Assembly (NCBI GenBank): GCA_028876375.1
Contig: JAGWSB010000004.1
Coordinates: forward strand, 1 to 53,911
From: Chloroflexota bacterium
GTDB lineage: Bacteria > Chloroflexota > Limnocylindria > P2-11E
Reading direction: 5' to 3'
DNA length: 53,911 bases
This document shows, piece after piece, positions 29,628 through 39,367 of this stretch. Position numbers and translations under genes: made by a program. Below the pieces are notes generated by a model. That model did not search any database. It was given only the letters and a program-made list of their open reading frames with translations, and was not told the DNA's origin. Within the stretch, counting starts at the first letter, position 1; every line of letters begins with the position of its first letter.

Positions 29628-32057
29628 CTAGTGAGCCGATCCGTCGGTGCGCAGCGCCGCCCGCGCGTGCTCGGCGAGGCGCGTCGCGTACTCCTCGAGC
29701 CGCGCGCGCACGCGCGCGTGGATCGTGCCGGCGGGATACGTGCCGTCCGCCTGGAGGACGCCGGCGGGCACGCCGGTGAGCAGCTCGATCCCCTCGTCGA
29801 CGTCGTCGATGGCCCAGACGTGGAAGCGGCCCGCGGCGACCGCGGCGACGACCTCGTCGTCGAGCATGAGGTGGCGCATGTTCGTCCGCGGGACGACGAC
29901 GCCCTGATCGCCGCTGAGACCGGCCGCTTTGCAGACGGCGAAGTGCCCCTCGATCTTCTCGTTGACGCCGCCGATGGCCTGGACGACGCCGCGCTGGTCG
30001 ACGGATCCGGTGACCGCGATCCCCTGGCGGATGGGGGCGTCGGCGAGGCTCGAGAGGATGGCGTAGAGCTCCGCGCTCGAGGCGCTGTCGCCCTCGACGC
30101 CCGAGTAGCTCTGCTCGAAGGTGAGCCGCGCGGAGAGCGCGAGCGGATGTGAGCCGCCGTACTTGCCGAGAAGGTATCCCGCGAGGATGAGCACGCCCTT
30201 GCTGTGCGTCGGCCCCGAGAGCTCGACCTCGCGCTCGATGTCGACGACGCCGTCGAGGCCCGGTCCGGTGCGTGCCGTGATACGCGACGGCCGCGCGAAC
30301 GCGTAGTCGATGAGGTCGAACACCGAAAGTCCGTTCACCTGCCCGGCGACCGCCGCGGTCGTCTCCACGCGGATCGTGCCCTCCTCGATCATCCGCTGCA
30401 GCTCCTGTTCGAGGAGGTCGCTGCGGTGGCGGCGTGCCGCGACGGCCGCGCTCACGTCCTCGGCGCGCACAGTGGCCGCGCCGGCGCGCTTTGCGACGAC
30501 GGCGGCCTCGACGACGATGTCCTCGATCTGGCTGAAGCGCGCCGCGAGGCGCGAGCGGTGCGACACGAGCCGCGCGCCCTCTTCGACGATCCGCGCCACG
30601 GCCGCGGCCGAGAACGCGATGAGCTTGCGCTCCTTCACCGTCTTGGCGATGAACGCGGCGTACGTCCGCAGGCCTTCGGGGGTGCGGTCCATGAACGGCG
30701 TGAATTCGGCCTTGATCTTGAACAGCTTCGCGAACTCTTCGTCGAAGCGGCGGAGGAGCGAGTACGTGAGGAGGTCCCCGATGATCACCACGCGCGCGCG
30801 GAGCGGGACGGGCGCGGGCTTGAGCGTCGCGGTCGGGACGCCGAGGAGCTGGTCGATGGGGTTCTCGATGCGCACCTCGCGGTCGCGGAGGGCGCGCTTC
30901 AGCCCCTCGTACGAGTACGGGCTGGTGAGGAGGTCACGGGCCTGGATCACGAGGAAGCCGCCGTTGGCGCGGTGGAGCGCGCCCGGCCGGATGTAGCGGA
31001 AGTCGGTCTGCATCACCCCGAGCGTGGCGCGGTAGTCGACGCGGCCGACGAGGTTCGCGTACGTCGGGTTGGGCTCGGACACGACGGGAGCGCCGTCGCT
31101 CGCGTCGCTCGCGACGAGCACGTTCGCGCCGTAGCGCGTCCACGCGCGCGGTCCGGCGAAGATCTGCTGCGCCTCGGCGTCGTCCGCCTGGCGGAACTCG
31201 TCGAGGTGCTCGACGATGTCCTCGCGGATCGCGTCGAGGTGGCGCACGATGGCCGGCTGCTTCTCGTACTTCGCGCGCAGAGCGTCGATGACGTGCCCGA
31301 CGGCGAAGAGCGCCACCTCACGGTCGACGGCGTGGACGGCCTCGTGCGCCTCGCGGTCGAGCTGCCGCAGCGTCCGCACCGCGCCGTCGACCTTGTCGCG
31401 CAGCTCCGCCGAGGCCGATGCGATGCGCATCTTCCGTTCGTCCGACAGCAGCGCGAACGCGTCCGGCCCGATCGGCTTGCCGTCGACGAGCGGGACGGTG
31501 AGGATCCCCATCGGCGTCTGCTCGATCCCGAAGCCGAGCGCGTTCGCCTGCCGCTTGAGGTCCTCGACGAGGGCGTCCCGCGTCTCGGAGACCTTGCGCA
31601 GGCCCTCCGCCTTGCGGCGCTCGTACTCCGGGCCGTCGAAGAGCTTCGGGATGTCGGTGCGGCAGCGCGCGATGAGCTCGTCGAGGTCGGCGGCGAGCTC
31701 GCGGCCCTTCCCGGCCGGCAGCTCCACGGCGATGGGACGGTACGGATCATCGAAGCTGTGGAGGTAGCACCAGTCGGAGGCCGCCGGCCGCGCGGCGGCG
31801 GCCCGGCCGAGGAGGTCGAGGACCGCGGTGTTCCGTCCGGTCCCGGCCGGGCCCGCCACGTACACGTTGTGGTCGGGGTCGTCGATGTCCAGGCCGAGCT
31901 CGATCGCGTCGATGGCGCGCTGCTGGCCCCTGACCCCCTCGAGCGGCGGAACGTCGTCGGTCGAGCGGAAGCCGAGCGCGGCGGGGTCGCAGCGCCAGCG
32001 CAGGTCGTCCGGCCGGAGCGGCACCGGAGCCGACGAGACCGGGAGCGCGATGCTCAT
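29628..32057 (-). CDS. Lon-like (LonC/LonB-type) protease with AAA-like domain
   Basis: GQQRAI, PGALHRANGG, catalytic GDSASSAE and GGVNEKIEG (Ser-Lys dyad). Confidence 0.9.
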   Translation of the reverse strand: MSIALPVSSAPVPLRPDDLRWRCDPAALGFRSTDDVPPLEGVRGQQRAIDAIELGLDIDDPDHNVYVAGPAGTGRNTAVLDLLGRAAAARPAASDWCYLHSFDDPYRPIAVELPAGKGRELAADLDELIARCRTDIPKLFDGPEYERRKAEGLRKVSETRDALVEDLKRQANALGFGIEQTPMGILTVPLVDGKPIGPDAFALLSDERKMRIASASAELRDKVDGAVRTLRQLDREAHEAVHAVDREVALFAVGHVIDALRAKYEKQPAIVRHLDAIREDIVEHLDEFRQADDAEAQQIFAGPRAWTRYGANVLVASDASDGAPVVSEPNPTYANLVGRVDYRATLGVMQTDFRYIRPGALHRANGGFLVIQARDLLTSPYSYEGLKRALRDREVRIENPIDQLLGVPTATLKPAPVPLRARVVIIGDLLTYSLLRRFDEEFAKLFKIKAEFTPFMDRTPEGLRTYAAFIAKTVKERKLIAFSAAAVARIVEEGARLVSHRSRLAARFSQIEDIVVEAAVVAKRAGAATVRAEDVSAAVAARRHRSDLLEQELQRMIEEGTIRVETTAAVAGQVNGLSVFDLIDYAFARPSRITARTGPGLDGVVDIEREVELSGPTHSKGVLILAGYLLGKYGGSHPLALSARLTFEQSYSGVEGDSASSAELYAILSSLADAPIRQGIAVTGSVDQRGVVQAIGGVNEKIEGHFAVCKAAGLSGDQGVVVPRTNMRHLMLDDEVVAAVAAGRFHVWAIDDVDEGIELLTGVPAGVLQADGTYPAGTIHARVRARLEEYATRLAEHARAALRTDGSAH

Positions 32058-32151
32058 CGACCGGACCGTACGTCGCGCCGCCGCGGCGGACGTTGGCCGA
32101 AGGGCACCTCGCCGCGGATGATCCGGCGCCCCGCCTCGGGCCCATCGGCGG

Positions 32152-34662
32152 TCATGCGATGAGCCCGCCCATCACGCGCCGCTTCACCACCTCGACGACG
32201 CCGAGGTAGGTGAGGGCCGCGGCCGCGAGGAAAGCGAAGTAGGCCGCGGGCAGCGCGACGAACCCGAGGACCGCCGCGGCCGGCGTGAACGGCAGGACGA
32301 TCCCGGCCGCCACGACGCCGACGGCGCTGACGGCGAGGGGCAGGCTGGGCCGGCTGCGCCACGGATCGCCGGCGGTACGGATGACGAAGATGACGAGGGT
32401 CTGCGTCGCCAGCGATTCGACGAACCAGCCGGTCTGGAAGAGCGGCGGCGAGGCATCGAGAAAGGTGAGCAGGACGACGAAGGTGAGGAGGTCGTAGGCC
32501 GAGCTGATGGGCCCGATGAGGATCATGAAGCGCTGGATCATGCGGATGTCCCAGCGCCGCGGCTTTCGCGTGAAGGTCACGTCGACGTTGTCGGTGGGGA
32601 TGGTGATCTGCGCCAGGTCGTAGAGGAAGTTGTTGAGGAGGATCTGGCGGGGGAGCATCGGCAGGAACGGCAGGAACACCGAGGCGGCGGCCATGCTGAG
32701 CATGTTCCCGAAGTTCGAGCTCGTGCCCATGAGCAGGTACTTCACGACGTTGCCGAAGGCCTTGCGCCCGTCGATCACGCCCTCGTGGATGACGTCGAGC
32801 CGACCTTCGTGGAGGATCACCGACGCGGCGTCGCGCGCGACGTCGACGCCGTCCGTCACCGAGACGCCCACGTCGGCGATGTGGAGCGACGGCGCGTCGT
32901 TCACGCCGTCACCGAGGTATCCGACGACGTGCCCGCGTCGCTTCAGGGCGAGGAGGATGCGGCTCTTCTGCTCCGGCGAGACGCGCGCGAAGACGGCCGT
33001 GCGCTCCGCGAGCGCGCCGAGCGCGGCGTCGCTCACGCGCGCGAGGTCGCTGCCGAGGACGATCGCGCCGGGATCCATCCCGATCGCCTCGCAGACGTGG
33101 CGCGCGACGCGCTCGTTGTCCCCCGTCAGCACCTTGAACTCGATCCCGTCGCGGCGCAGGGATGCGAGCACGGCGCCGACGCCCTCGAGCGGCGGATCGA
33201 GGAAGGCGACGAATCCCGCGAGCGACAGGGCCGTCTCGTCCTCCGGTCCGTAGCGCGCTTGCAGCGGCACGGGCCGCGCCGCGACGGCGAGCACGCGGCA
33301 GCCATCGCCGCTCAGCCGCTCGAACACCGCCAGCGCGCGGGCGCGCTCCGACGCGCCGAGCGGCGCGTCTCCCTCGCCCGCCGACGTGCAGACCTCGAGC
33401 ACGCCTTCGGGAGCGCCCTTCGTCACGAGGAGGCGCTGCGCGCCGCGCGCGACGATCACCGAGAGGCGCCGGCGCACGAAGTCGAACGGGACCTCGTCCA
33501 CCTTCGTCCACCCCGCCTCCGCCGCCTCGCGGTCGAGGATGGCCGCGTCGAGGGGGCTGCGCACGCCGGTCTGGAACGCGCTGTTGAGCGCGGCGAGGCG
33601 CAACGCGTCGCGGCTCGGGTCCCCGAACGGGCCGAGCGAGCGGTCCACGCGCATCTCGCCCGTCGTCAGCGTGTTCGTCTTGTCGCTGCAGAGGATGTCC
33701 ATGCTTCCGAAGTTCTCGATCGCGGAGAGGTCCTTGACGATGACGCCGCGCTTGGCCATGCGGAGCGCGCCCGCGCCGAGCGTGACCGTCGTGATCATCG
33801 GCAGGAACTCCGGCGTGAGCCCGACCGCGAGCGCGATGCCGAAGAGCAGTGACTCGAAGGGGTCGTGCCGCGCGACGATCCCGACGAGCACGACGAAGAG
33901 GACGAGGAAGAAGATCGTCCGCATGATGAGAAGCCCGAAGAGCCGTGCGCCGCGCTCGAACTCCGTCTCGGGCGGTCGCGCCGCGAGCTGGCGAGACACG
34001 TCGCCGAAGATCGTCCCTCTTCCGGTGCGCACGACGACGGCCGTCGCCGTGCCGCTGAGGACGGAGGTCCCGAGGAACACCATGTCCTCGCGCTCCGCGA
34101 GGGGCACGTCCGGAGGCGCGTCCGGCCTCGCCTCTTTCTCTACCGGCAGCGACTCGCCCGTGAGGGCCGCCTGCTGTACGTGGAGATCGCGCTCGTCGAG
34201 GATCCGCGCGTCGGCGGGGACGAGGTCCCCGGCGCCGAGCCGGATGACGTCGCCCGGGACGAGGTCGCGCTGCGGGACCTCGGACCATGCCCCGTCGCGC
34301 AGCACCGTGGCCGTGGGAGCGACGAGGCCGCGCAGCTCCTCGGCGGCGCGCTCGGACCGATAGGTCTGCACCAGCGTGAGCGCGCCGCTGAGCACGACCA
34401 TCGAGGCGATGATCGTCGCGTTCGCGGCGTCGCCGAGGGCCGCGGAGACGACGCACGCGGCGAGGAGGATGAGCACGAGCGGGCTCGCCGCGAAAGCGAG
34501 CATGCGCCGGGCGAGCTGTGACGCCGGTCGTGCGATCGGCTCGTTCGGGCCGACGCGGCGCAGGCGCCCCGACGCCTCCGCCTCGCCGAGCCCGCCCGCG
34601 CCGGTCGCGAGCGCGCCGAGCAGATCGCCGACGCTCAGCCGGTCGAGGTCGCCGGCGGTCAC
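32152..34662 (-). CDS. mgtA: Magnesium-translocating P-type ATPase
   Basis: TGES, AVGLTPEFLP, DKTNTLT (variant phosphorylation motif), GDGVND, SSNFGNMLS, FQTGWFVESL. Confidence 0.9.
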   Translation of the reverse strand: MTAGDLDRLSVGDLLGALATGAGGLGEAEASGRLRRVGPNEPIARPASQLARRMLAFAASPLVLILLAACVVSAALGDAANATIIASMVVLSGALTLVQTYRSERAAEELRGLVAPTATVLRDGAWSEVPQRDLVPGDVIRLGAGDLVPADARILDERDLHVQQAALTGESLPVEKEARPDAPPDVPLAEREDMVFLGTSVLSGTATAVVVRTGRGTIFGDVSRQLAARPPETEFERGARLFGLLIMRTIFFLVLFVVLVGIVARHDPFESLLFGIALAVGLTPEFLPMITTVTLGAGALRMAKRGVIVKDLSAIENFGSMDILCSDKTNTLTTGEMRVDRSLGPFGDPSRDALRLAALNSAFQTGVRSPLDAAILDREAAEAGWTKVDEVPFDFVRRRLSVIVARGAQRLLVTKGAPEGVLEVCTSAGEGDAPLGASERARALAVFERLSGDGCRVLAVAARPVPLQARYGPEDETALSLAGFVAFLDPPLEGVGAVLASLRRDGIEFKVLTGDNERVARHVCEAIGMDPGAIVLGSDLARVSDAALGALAERTAVFARVSPEQKSRILLALKRRGHVVGYLGDGVNDAPSLHIADVGVSVTDGVDVARDAASVILHEGRLDVIHEGVIDGRKAFGNVVKYLLMGTSSNFGNMLSMAAASVFLPFLPMLPRQILLNNFLYDLAQITIPTDNVDVTFTRKPRRWDIRMIQRFMILIGPISSAYDLLTFVVLLTFLDASPPLFQTGWFVESLATQTLVIFVIRTAGDPWRSRPSLPLAVSAVGVVAAGIVLPFTPAAAVLGFVALPAAYFAFLAAAALTYLGVVEVVKRRVMGGLIA

Positions 34663-35594
34663 GCCACCCCGGCCGGCACTCCTTCGCGCCGCGGCCTCGC
34701 TTTCGCGCTCACGCGCTCCGGCGCGCGAGCGACGAGGACCGCGCAGTGCGCGTTCTCCAGCAGCTCGTCGGTCGTGCTCCCCTGGAGGAAGCCCTCGCCG
34801 CGCAGCGAGCGCCCGCGGGCGCCGATCACGACGAGGTCGCTGCCGCTGCCCGCGGCGACCTCGAGGATCCGCTCCGCGGGACGTCCGCGTTCGAGCTCCA
34901 TGCGCACCTGCACTCCCTCCGGGAGCAGCTTCCCCGCGCGCGACAGGATGTCGAGCGCGTCCTCGCGGTCGCAGCGCTCGACCGTCGCCTGCAGCTGCTC
35001 GGCCGACGCGTCGCCGTGCGCCGTGGGCGTCGCGCGCTCCGGAAGGACGTGGAGCAGCGTGACCTCGAGATGCTTGGGAAGGGGGAGCGCCGCGAGCGTG
35101 CGGACCGCGACGTACGCGTCATCGGATCCGTCCGCCGCGACGAGGATGCGGCGCGGCGCCTCGCGGCGCTCGCGAGCGACGAGCACGGGGATCGGTGAAT
35201 GCCGCGACACCGCTCGCGCGGTGCTCCCGAGCACCAGCGCGGCGATCCTCCCCAGCCCGCGCGAGCCCATGACGATCACGCCGGCGCCCTCGGACCGCGC
35301 CACCTCGATGATGGTCTGGGCGACGGAGCCTTCATCGATGCGCGCCTTCGTCGGCACGCCCTTGGCGCCGACCTTCTCGCGGACCGTGCTCGCGAGCCGG
35401 CGCGCGGCCGCGGTCTCCTCCTCCGCGATCTCCGCGAAGTACATGCCCGTGCCGTCGATGCCGACCCCGGTGTAGCTGTGGACCGGCACCGCGAGGACCG
35501 TGACGTGATCGGAAGCGCGCAGCGGGAGCGCGAGGAGCATGTCGAGGGCGACGTCCGCCGTGGCGGACCCGTCGGTCGCGAACAGGATGCGCAT
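34659..35594 (-). CDS. Tandem-domain universal stress protein
   Basis: MRILFATDGS, MGSRGLG, LGSTA, AHCAVLV; SD TAAGGAGG. Confidence 0.92.
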   Translation of the reverse strand: MRILFATDGSATADVALDMLLALPLRASDHVTVLAVPVHSYTGVGIDGTGMYFAEIAEEETAAARRLASTVREKVGAKGVPTKARIDEGSVAQTIIEVARSEGAGVIVMGSRGLGRIAALVLGSTARAVSRHSPIPVLVARERREAPRRILVAADGSDDAYVAVRTLAALPLPKHLEVTLLHVLPERATPTAHGDASAEQLQATVERCDREDALDILSRAGKLLPEGVQVRMELERGRPAERILEVAAGSGSDLVVIGARGRSLRGEGFLQGSTTDELLENAHCAVLVARAPERVSAKARPRREGVPAGVA

Positions 35595-35606
35595 ATCAGG
35601 GCCTCC

Positions 35607-35774
35607 TTAGCTGGTCGCGGGTGCCGCGGACCTCCGTGGGACGCCCGCTGGTGTCGGCCCATTCCCCCCGCCAACGCACGCGTGAACGACGTTCAAGAGA
35701 CCACCGGCGAGCAGCAGTCCGAAGCCGACGATGTTCGCGCGGTGGATCCGTCTGGCGACGCCCTGCGGCGTCAT
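35607..35774 (-). CDS. Putative small membrane protein (55 aa)
   Basis: MTPQGVARRIHRANIVGFGLLLAGGLLNVVHAC...; ATGA overlap with the upstream sORF; stop overlaps the USP SD. Confidence 0.45.
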   Translation of the reverse strand: MTPQGVARRIHRANIVGFGLLLAGGLLNVVHACVGGGNGPTPAGVPRRSAAPATS

Positions 35775-35905
35775 GCCCGCCGGGAGAAGCGGCTGCCGCT
35801 GGCGCGGAGGAAGAGTCGCGCGGTGAAGCGGCCGATCGCCGCCGCGCCGACGCTCAGCCCCGCCAGGAGGACCACCCAGCCCATGAGGCTCCAATCGAGC
35901 GGCAC
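35771..35905 (-). CDS. Putative small membrane protein (44 aa)
   Basis: MPLDWSLMGWVVLLAGLSVGAAAIGRFTARLFLRASGSRFSRRA; GACCAT -10 lies 6 nt before GTG; one TM plus a basic tail. Confidence 0.55.
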   Translation of the reverse strand: MPLDWSLMGWVVLLAGLSVGAAAIGRFTARLFLRASGSRFSRRA

Positions 35906-35941
35906 GTGGGGATGGTCGGTCGCGGAGGCTCGGAGGAGACA

Positions 35942-36055
35942 GGGCCGAAGGTCCCCCGGGCGCTGGTCGAGAGGGCCCCCGCGGACTGGGGTCGGGTCCC
36001 GCCACTTCGGGCCTCGGGGCTCTGTCGCAGGGGTACTCCGACGCGCGAAAGTCCT
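35942..36055. promoter_or_regulatory. DosR-box-like sites in a divergent promoter
   Basis: Near-perfect gggccgaaggtccc (35942-35955) and cgcgcgaaagtcct (36042-36055). Confidence 0.6.
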
Positions 36056-36116
36056 CCCCGGACGGGCTCACCAGAGGGACCGCCCAGAGCGCAGGATCAC
36101 GAGAGGAGTGATCTCG

Positions 36117-36689
36117 ATGGCACGAGTGACCGTCGTCCAGGAACCCCCCTTCTCCCGCTTCGTCTTCAACGACACGCGCATGGCGCCGGTCTGGCTCCTC
36201 GCCCGCCTCTACGTCGGGTGGGCGTGGCTGGACGCGGGCCTGCACAAGCTCCAGGACCCCGCCTGGACCGTCACCGGGACGGCCCTCAAGGCGTTCTGGA
36301 CCAGCGCGGTGAAGCTGCCGCCCGACGTTCCGAGGGCGGCCATCACGTACGACTGGTACCGCAGCTTCCTTCGGTTCCTGCTCGACGCGGGAACGTACAC
36401 GTGGTTCGCGAAGCTCGTCGCGTTCGGCGAGTTCATGGTCGGCCTCGCGCTGATGATCGGGTTCTTCACCGGCTTCGCGGCGCTCGTCGGCGCGTTCATG
36501 AACATGAACTTCATGCTCGCGGGCAGCTCGAGCACCAACCCCGTGCTGCTCGTGATCGCCGTGCTGATCCTCATGGCCTGGAAGGTCGCGGGGATCATCG
36601 GCGTGGACCGCGTGCTGCTCCCGGCCCTGGGGACGCCCTGGAGGCCGGTGCAGGCTCCGAAGCTGAGGACCGTTCACGCGACAACGTGA
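36117..36689 (+). CDS. DoxX/DoxD (thiosulfate:quinone oxidoreductase-like) membrane protein
   Basis: RLYVGWAWLDAGLHK, GEFMVGLALMIG, MNMNFMLAGSSSTNP; SD GAGGAG. Confidence 0.85.
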   Translation: MARVTVVQEPPFSRFVFNDTRMAPVWLLARLYVGWAWLDAGLHKLQDPAWTVTGTALKAFWTSAVKLPPDVPRAAITYDWYRSFLRFLLDAGTYTWFAKLVAFGEFMVGLALMIGFFTGFAALVGAFMNMNFMLAGSSSTNPVLLVIAVLILMAWKVAGIIGVDRVLLPALGTPWRPVQAPKLRTVHATT

Positions 36690-37075
36690 CCCCATCCCCT
36701 CCTCCTCGCGCTGGTGACGAGAGGGGCGATCCCCACCGCCCCTCCCGTCACCGTTCTCCTCGGGCGGTGGTCATCGCCCACGATCCGCAGATCCGCGAAG
36801 GCTGGGCGCGCTCGCTCGAGGCGACCGGCATGCAGGTGGCGCGGTGCCCCGGGCCGTCCCCGACGTGTCCCCTCGTCCGCGGCGAGGACCACTGCGCGCT
36901 GCTCGACGAGAGCGGCCTCGCCCTGTACCACGAGGGCGTCCTCGGCCCCGACCTCGTCGCGAGGCTCAGCGCGGCGCACACGAGCGCGATGGCCGTGGCG
37001 ACGAAGGATCGCCATCGCGCCGACGGCGGGCACGAGCCGGCCATGTCCCACGTCATCGCCTCCCCGGCCCCCTAG
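36686..37075 (+). CDS. Hypothetical protein, degenerate receiver-like with CPGP..CPL..C motif
   Basis: GTGA overlap with doxX; AVVIAHD...QVARCPGPSPTCPLVRGEDHCALL. Confidence 0.6.
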   Translation: MTPSPPPRAGDERGDPHRPSRHRSPRAVVIAHDPQIREGWARSLEATGMQVARCPGPSPTCPLVRGEDHCALLDESGLALYHEGVLGPDLVARLSAAHTSAMAVATKDRHRADGGHEPAMSHVIASPAP

Positions 37076-37148
37076 AGCCGCGCAGCGCCTTCGCGCCGAT
37101 CCCTCACCCCGGGGCCCGGCCGCCGACGGGCGGTGAGACCATTAGCGC

Positions 37149-38591
37149 GTGATGGAAAGGGAGAGACGGGTGATCCCGCGCCGCATCGAGATCGCGGCGC
37201 TGGTCCTGCCGTCCGCGCTCTTCGCCGGCCTCGCCCTCGTGGACTTCGCCCTCCTCGAGCCCTACCTGCCGCCCGGCATCTCGCACCTCGTGTTCTTCGC
37301 GCTCGGCGTCGCCGGCGTCGCGGCCTTCTCCTACGTCATCTTCGACCGCATCCGTGACCTCCAGATGCGCGAGATCGAGCAGCGGCGTCGGCAGGCGGAG
37401 CTCGCGGACGCGCTCGACCGCCGGGGGCGGCAGCTCCAGGCGCTGAACGAGGCCGGCCTCACCCTGTCCGCCGAGCTCGAGAGCGCGTCGGTGCTGCAGA
37501 AGATCGTCGACCTCGCGCGCGTCGTCGGCGGGTCGAGATACGCGGCGCTCGGCATGTTCAACGAGAACGGCGAGGTCGTGCAGTTCCTCACCTCGGGCAT
37601 CTCCCCGGAGGGGCGCACGAAGATCGGCCCGCTCCCGCGCGGCCGCGGGCTCCTCGGGCTCCTCCAGGACGAGCAGCGCCCCATCCGGCTGCGGTCGATC
37701 GCCGACCATCCGGCGTCGGTCGGGTTCCCTCCGAACCATCCGCCCATGGCGAGCTTCCTCGGTGTGCCCATCCTGTGGCGCGGCCGTTCGGTCGGGAACC
37801 TCTATCTCACGGAGAAGATCGGCGCCGAGGAGTTCTCCAGCGAGGACGAAGAGGCGCTGCTGACGCTGGCCGCCCAGGCGGCGATCGCGATCGAGAACGC
37901 GCGGCTCTACGAGCAGGTCGGACGCATCTCCGTTCTCGAGGAGCGGCAACGCATCGGGATGGATCTCCACGACGGCGCGATGCAGTCGCTGTACGGCGTG
38001 GGCCTCCTCCTCGAGGATGCCGCGGAGCGCACGCCGACGGGCGAGGCGCGCAGCCCCATCGACCGCGCGGTCGAGCTCCTCAACGGCACCATCGCCGACA
38101 TGCGCCGCTACGTGATGGGTCTGCGCCCCATCCGAGGCGCGGAGCGTCCGCTCTCCGAGTCGCTGCCGACGCTCGCCAAGGCGGTCGGCGACCAGGCCCG
38201 GCTCGACGTGCGCGTCGACGTCGACCCCGACGCGGAGCGCGACCTCGACCCCGAGCAGCGCGAGGCGATGTTCTACGTCGCCGCGGACGCGCTCACGAAC
38301 GTCGCGCGCCACGCGCGCGCCACGCGCGCGAACATCCGATTCCTGCGCCGTGACGGATCGGCGGTGCTCGAGGTCCAGGACGACGGCGTCGGGTTCGATC
38401 CGGCCGTCCGCGCGCCCGGACTCGGGCTCCGCAACATGCGCGAGCGGGCGTTCGTCGCGGGCGGGCGCTTCGAGGTGGGATCCGTCCCCGGCACCGGCAC
38501 GACCGTGCGGCTCGAGCTGCCGCTCGAGGGCCCCGAGGCGGCCGTCGGCACGGCCCGGATGCGCACGGGCGAGAATACGAGCGTCAGATGA
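37149..38591 (+). CDS. DosS/DosT-like GAF sensor histidine kinase (HisKA_3), membrane-anchored
   Basis: Two N-terminal TM helices; GAF with HPASVGFPPNHPPMASFLGVP; ERQRIGMDLHD; DDGVGF, GLGLRNMRERA. Confidence 0.9.
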   Translation: MMERERRVIPRRIEIAALVLPSALFAGLALVDFALLEPYLPPGISHLVFFALGVAGVAAFSYVIFDRIRDLQMREIEQRRRQAELADALDRRGRQLQALNEAGLTLSAELESASVLQKIVDLARVVGGSRYAALGMFNENGEVVQFLTSGISPEGRTKIGPLPRGRGLLGLLQDEQRPIRLRSIADHPASVGFPPNHPPMASFLGVPILWRGRSVGNLYLTEKIGAEEFSSEDEEALLTLAAQAAIAIENARLYEQVGRISVLEERQRIGMDLHDGAMQSLYGVGLLLEDAAERTPTGEARSPIDRAVELLNGTIADMRRYVMGLRPIRGAERPLSESLPTLAKAVGDQARLDVRVDVDPDAERDLDPEQREAMFYVAADALTNVARHARATRANIRFLRRDGSAVLEVQDDGVGFDPAVRAPGLGLRNMRERAFVAGGRFEVGSVPGTGTTVRLELPLEGPEAAVGTARMRTGENTSVR

Positions 38592-39238
38592 GCGAGGAGA
38601 AGCCGATCCGGGTCCTGGTCGTCGACGACCACGAGGTCGTGCGCGAAGGTCTGCGCACGCTCATCGGCAAGCAGAAGGGCATGACCATCGTCGGCGAGGC
38701 CGCCTCGGCGAAGGAAGCGATCGAGACCGCGGCGCGCGCCCGTCCCGACGTCATCGTCATGGACGTCCGGCTCCCCGACGGCAGCGGCATCGAGGCCTGC
38801 CGCGCGATCCGCGAGGCGCGCCCGGGGACCGGCGTGATCATGCTCACCTCGTACGCCGACGACGATGCGCTCTTCGCCGCGATCCTCGCGGGCGCCGCCG
38901 GCTACCTGCTCAAGGACGCGAAGGGGAACACGGTCGTCGAGGCGATCACCGCGGTCGCCGAGGGCCGCTCGCTCCTCGACCCGACCGTCACCGGCAAGGT
39001 CCTCGAGCGCGTGCGCAAGGGCCCCGAGGAGGACCCCGGCCTCGCGTCGCTCACCGACCAGGAGCGCAAGGTGCTCGAGCACGTCGCCGAGGGGAAGACC
39101 AACCGCGAGATCGGCGAGATCATGTTCCTGTCTGAAAAGACCGTGAAGAACTACGTCAGCCGCATCTTGGACAAGCTCGGCCTCGCGCGCCGGGCCGAGG
39201 CGGCGGCGTACATGGCGAAGCGCCGGCCCAAGTACTAG
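38588..39238 (+). CDS. DosR/DevR-like NarL-family response regulator
   Basis: VDDHEVVREG, MDVRLPDGSGIE, LTDQER, FLSEKTVKNYVSRIL. Confidence 0.92.
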   Translation: MSEEKPIRVLVVDDHEVVREGLRTLIGKQKGMTIVGEAASAKEAIETAARARPDVIVMDVRLPDGSGIEACRAIREARPGTGVIMLTSYADDDALFAAILAGAAGYLLKDAKGNTVVEAITAVAEGRSLLDPTVTGKVLERVRKGPEEDPGLASLTDQERKVLEHVAEGKTNREIGEIMFLSEKTVKNYVSRILDKLGLARRAEAAAYMAKRRPKY

Positions 39239-39273
39239 GCCCCGCGACGGCGGCCTTCTCGAGCGCGCCACCT

Positions 39274-39307
39274 GGGACGAACAGCCCTACCCGGTCCCAA
39301 GGGTCCC
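39274..39307. promoter_or_regulatory. DosR-box-like sites upstream of the second regulator
   Basis: gggacgaacagccc and gtcccaagggtccc. Confidence 0.55.
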
Positions 39308-39367
39308 TTCGAACAGGGGCCGCTCGGTAGTGTCCGGTCCGCACCTCCGGACGCCACTCTGCGGAAC

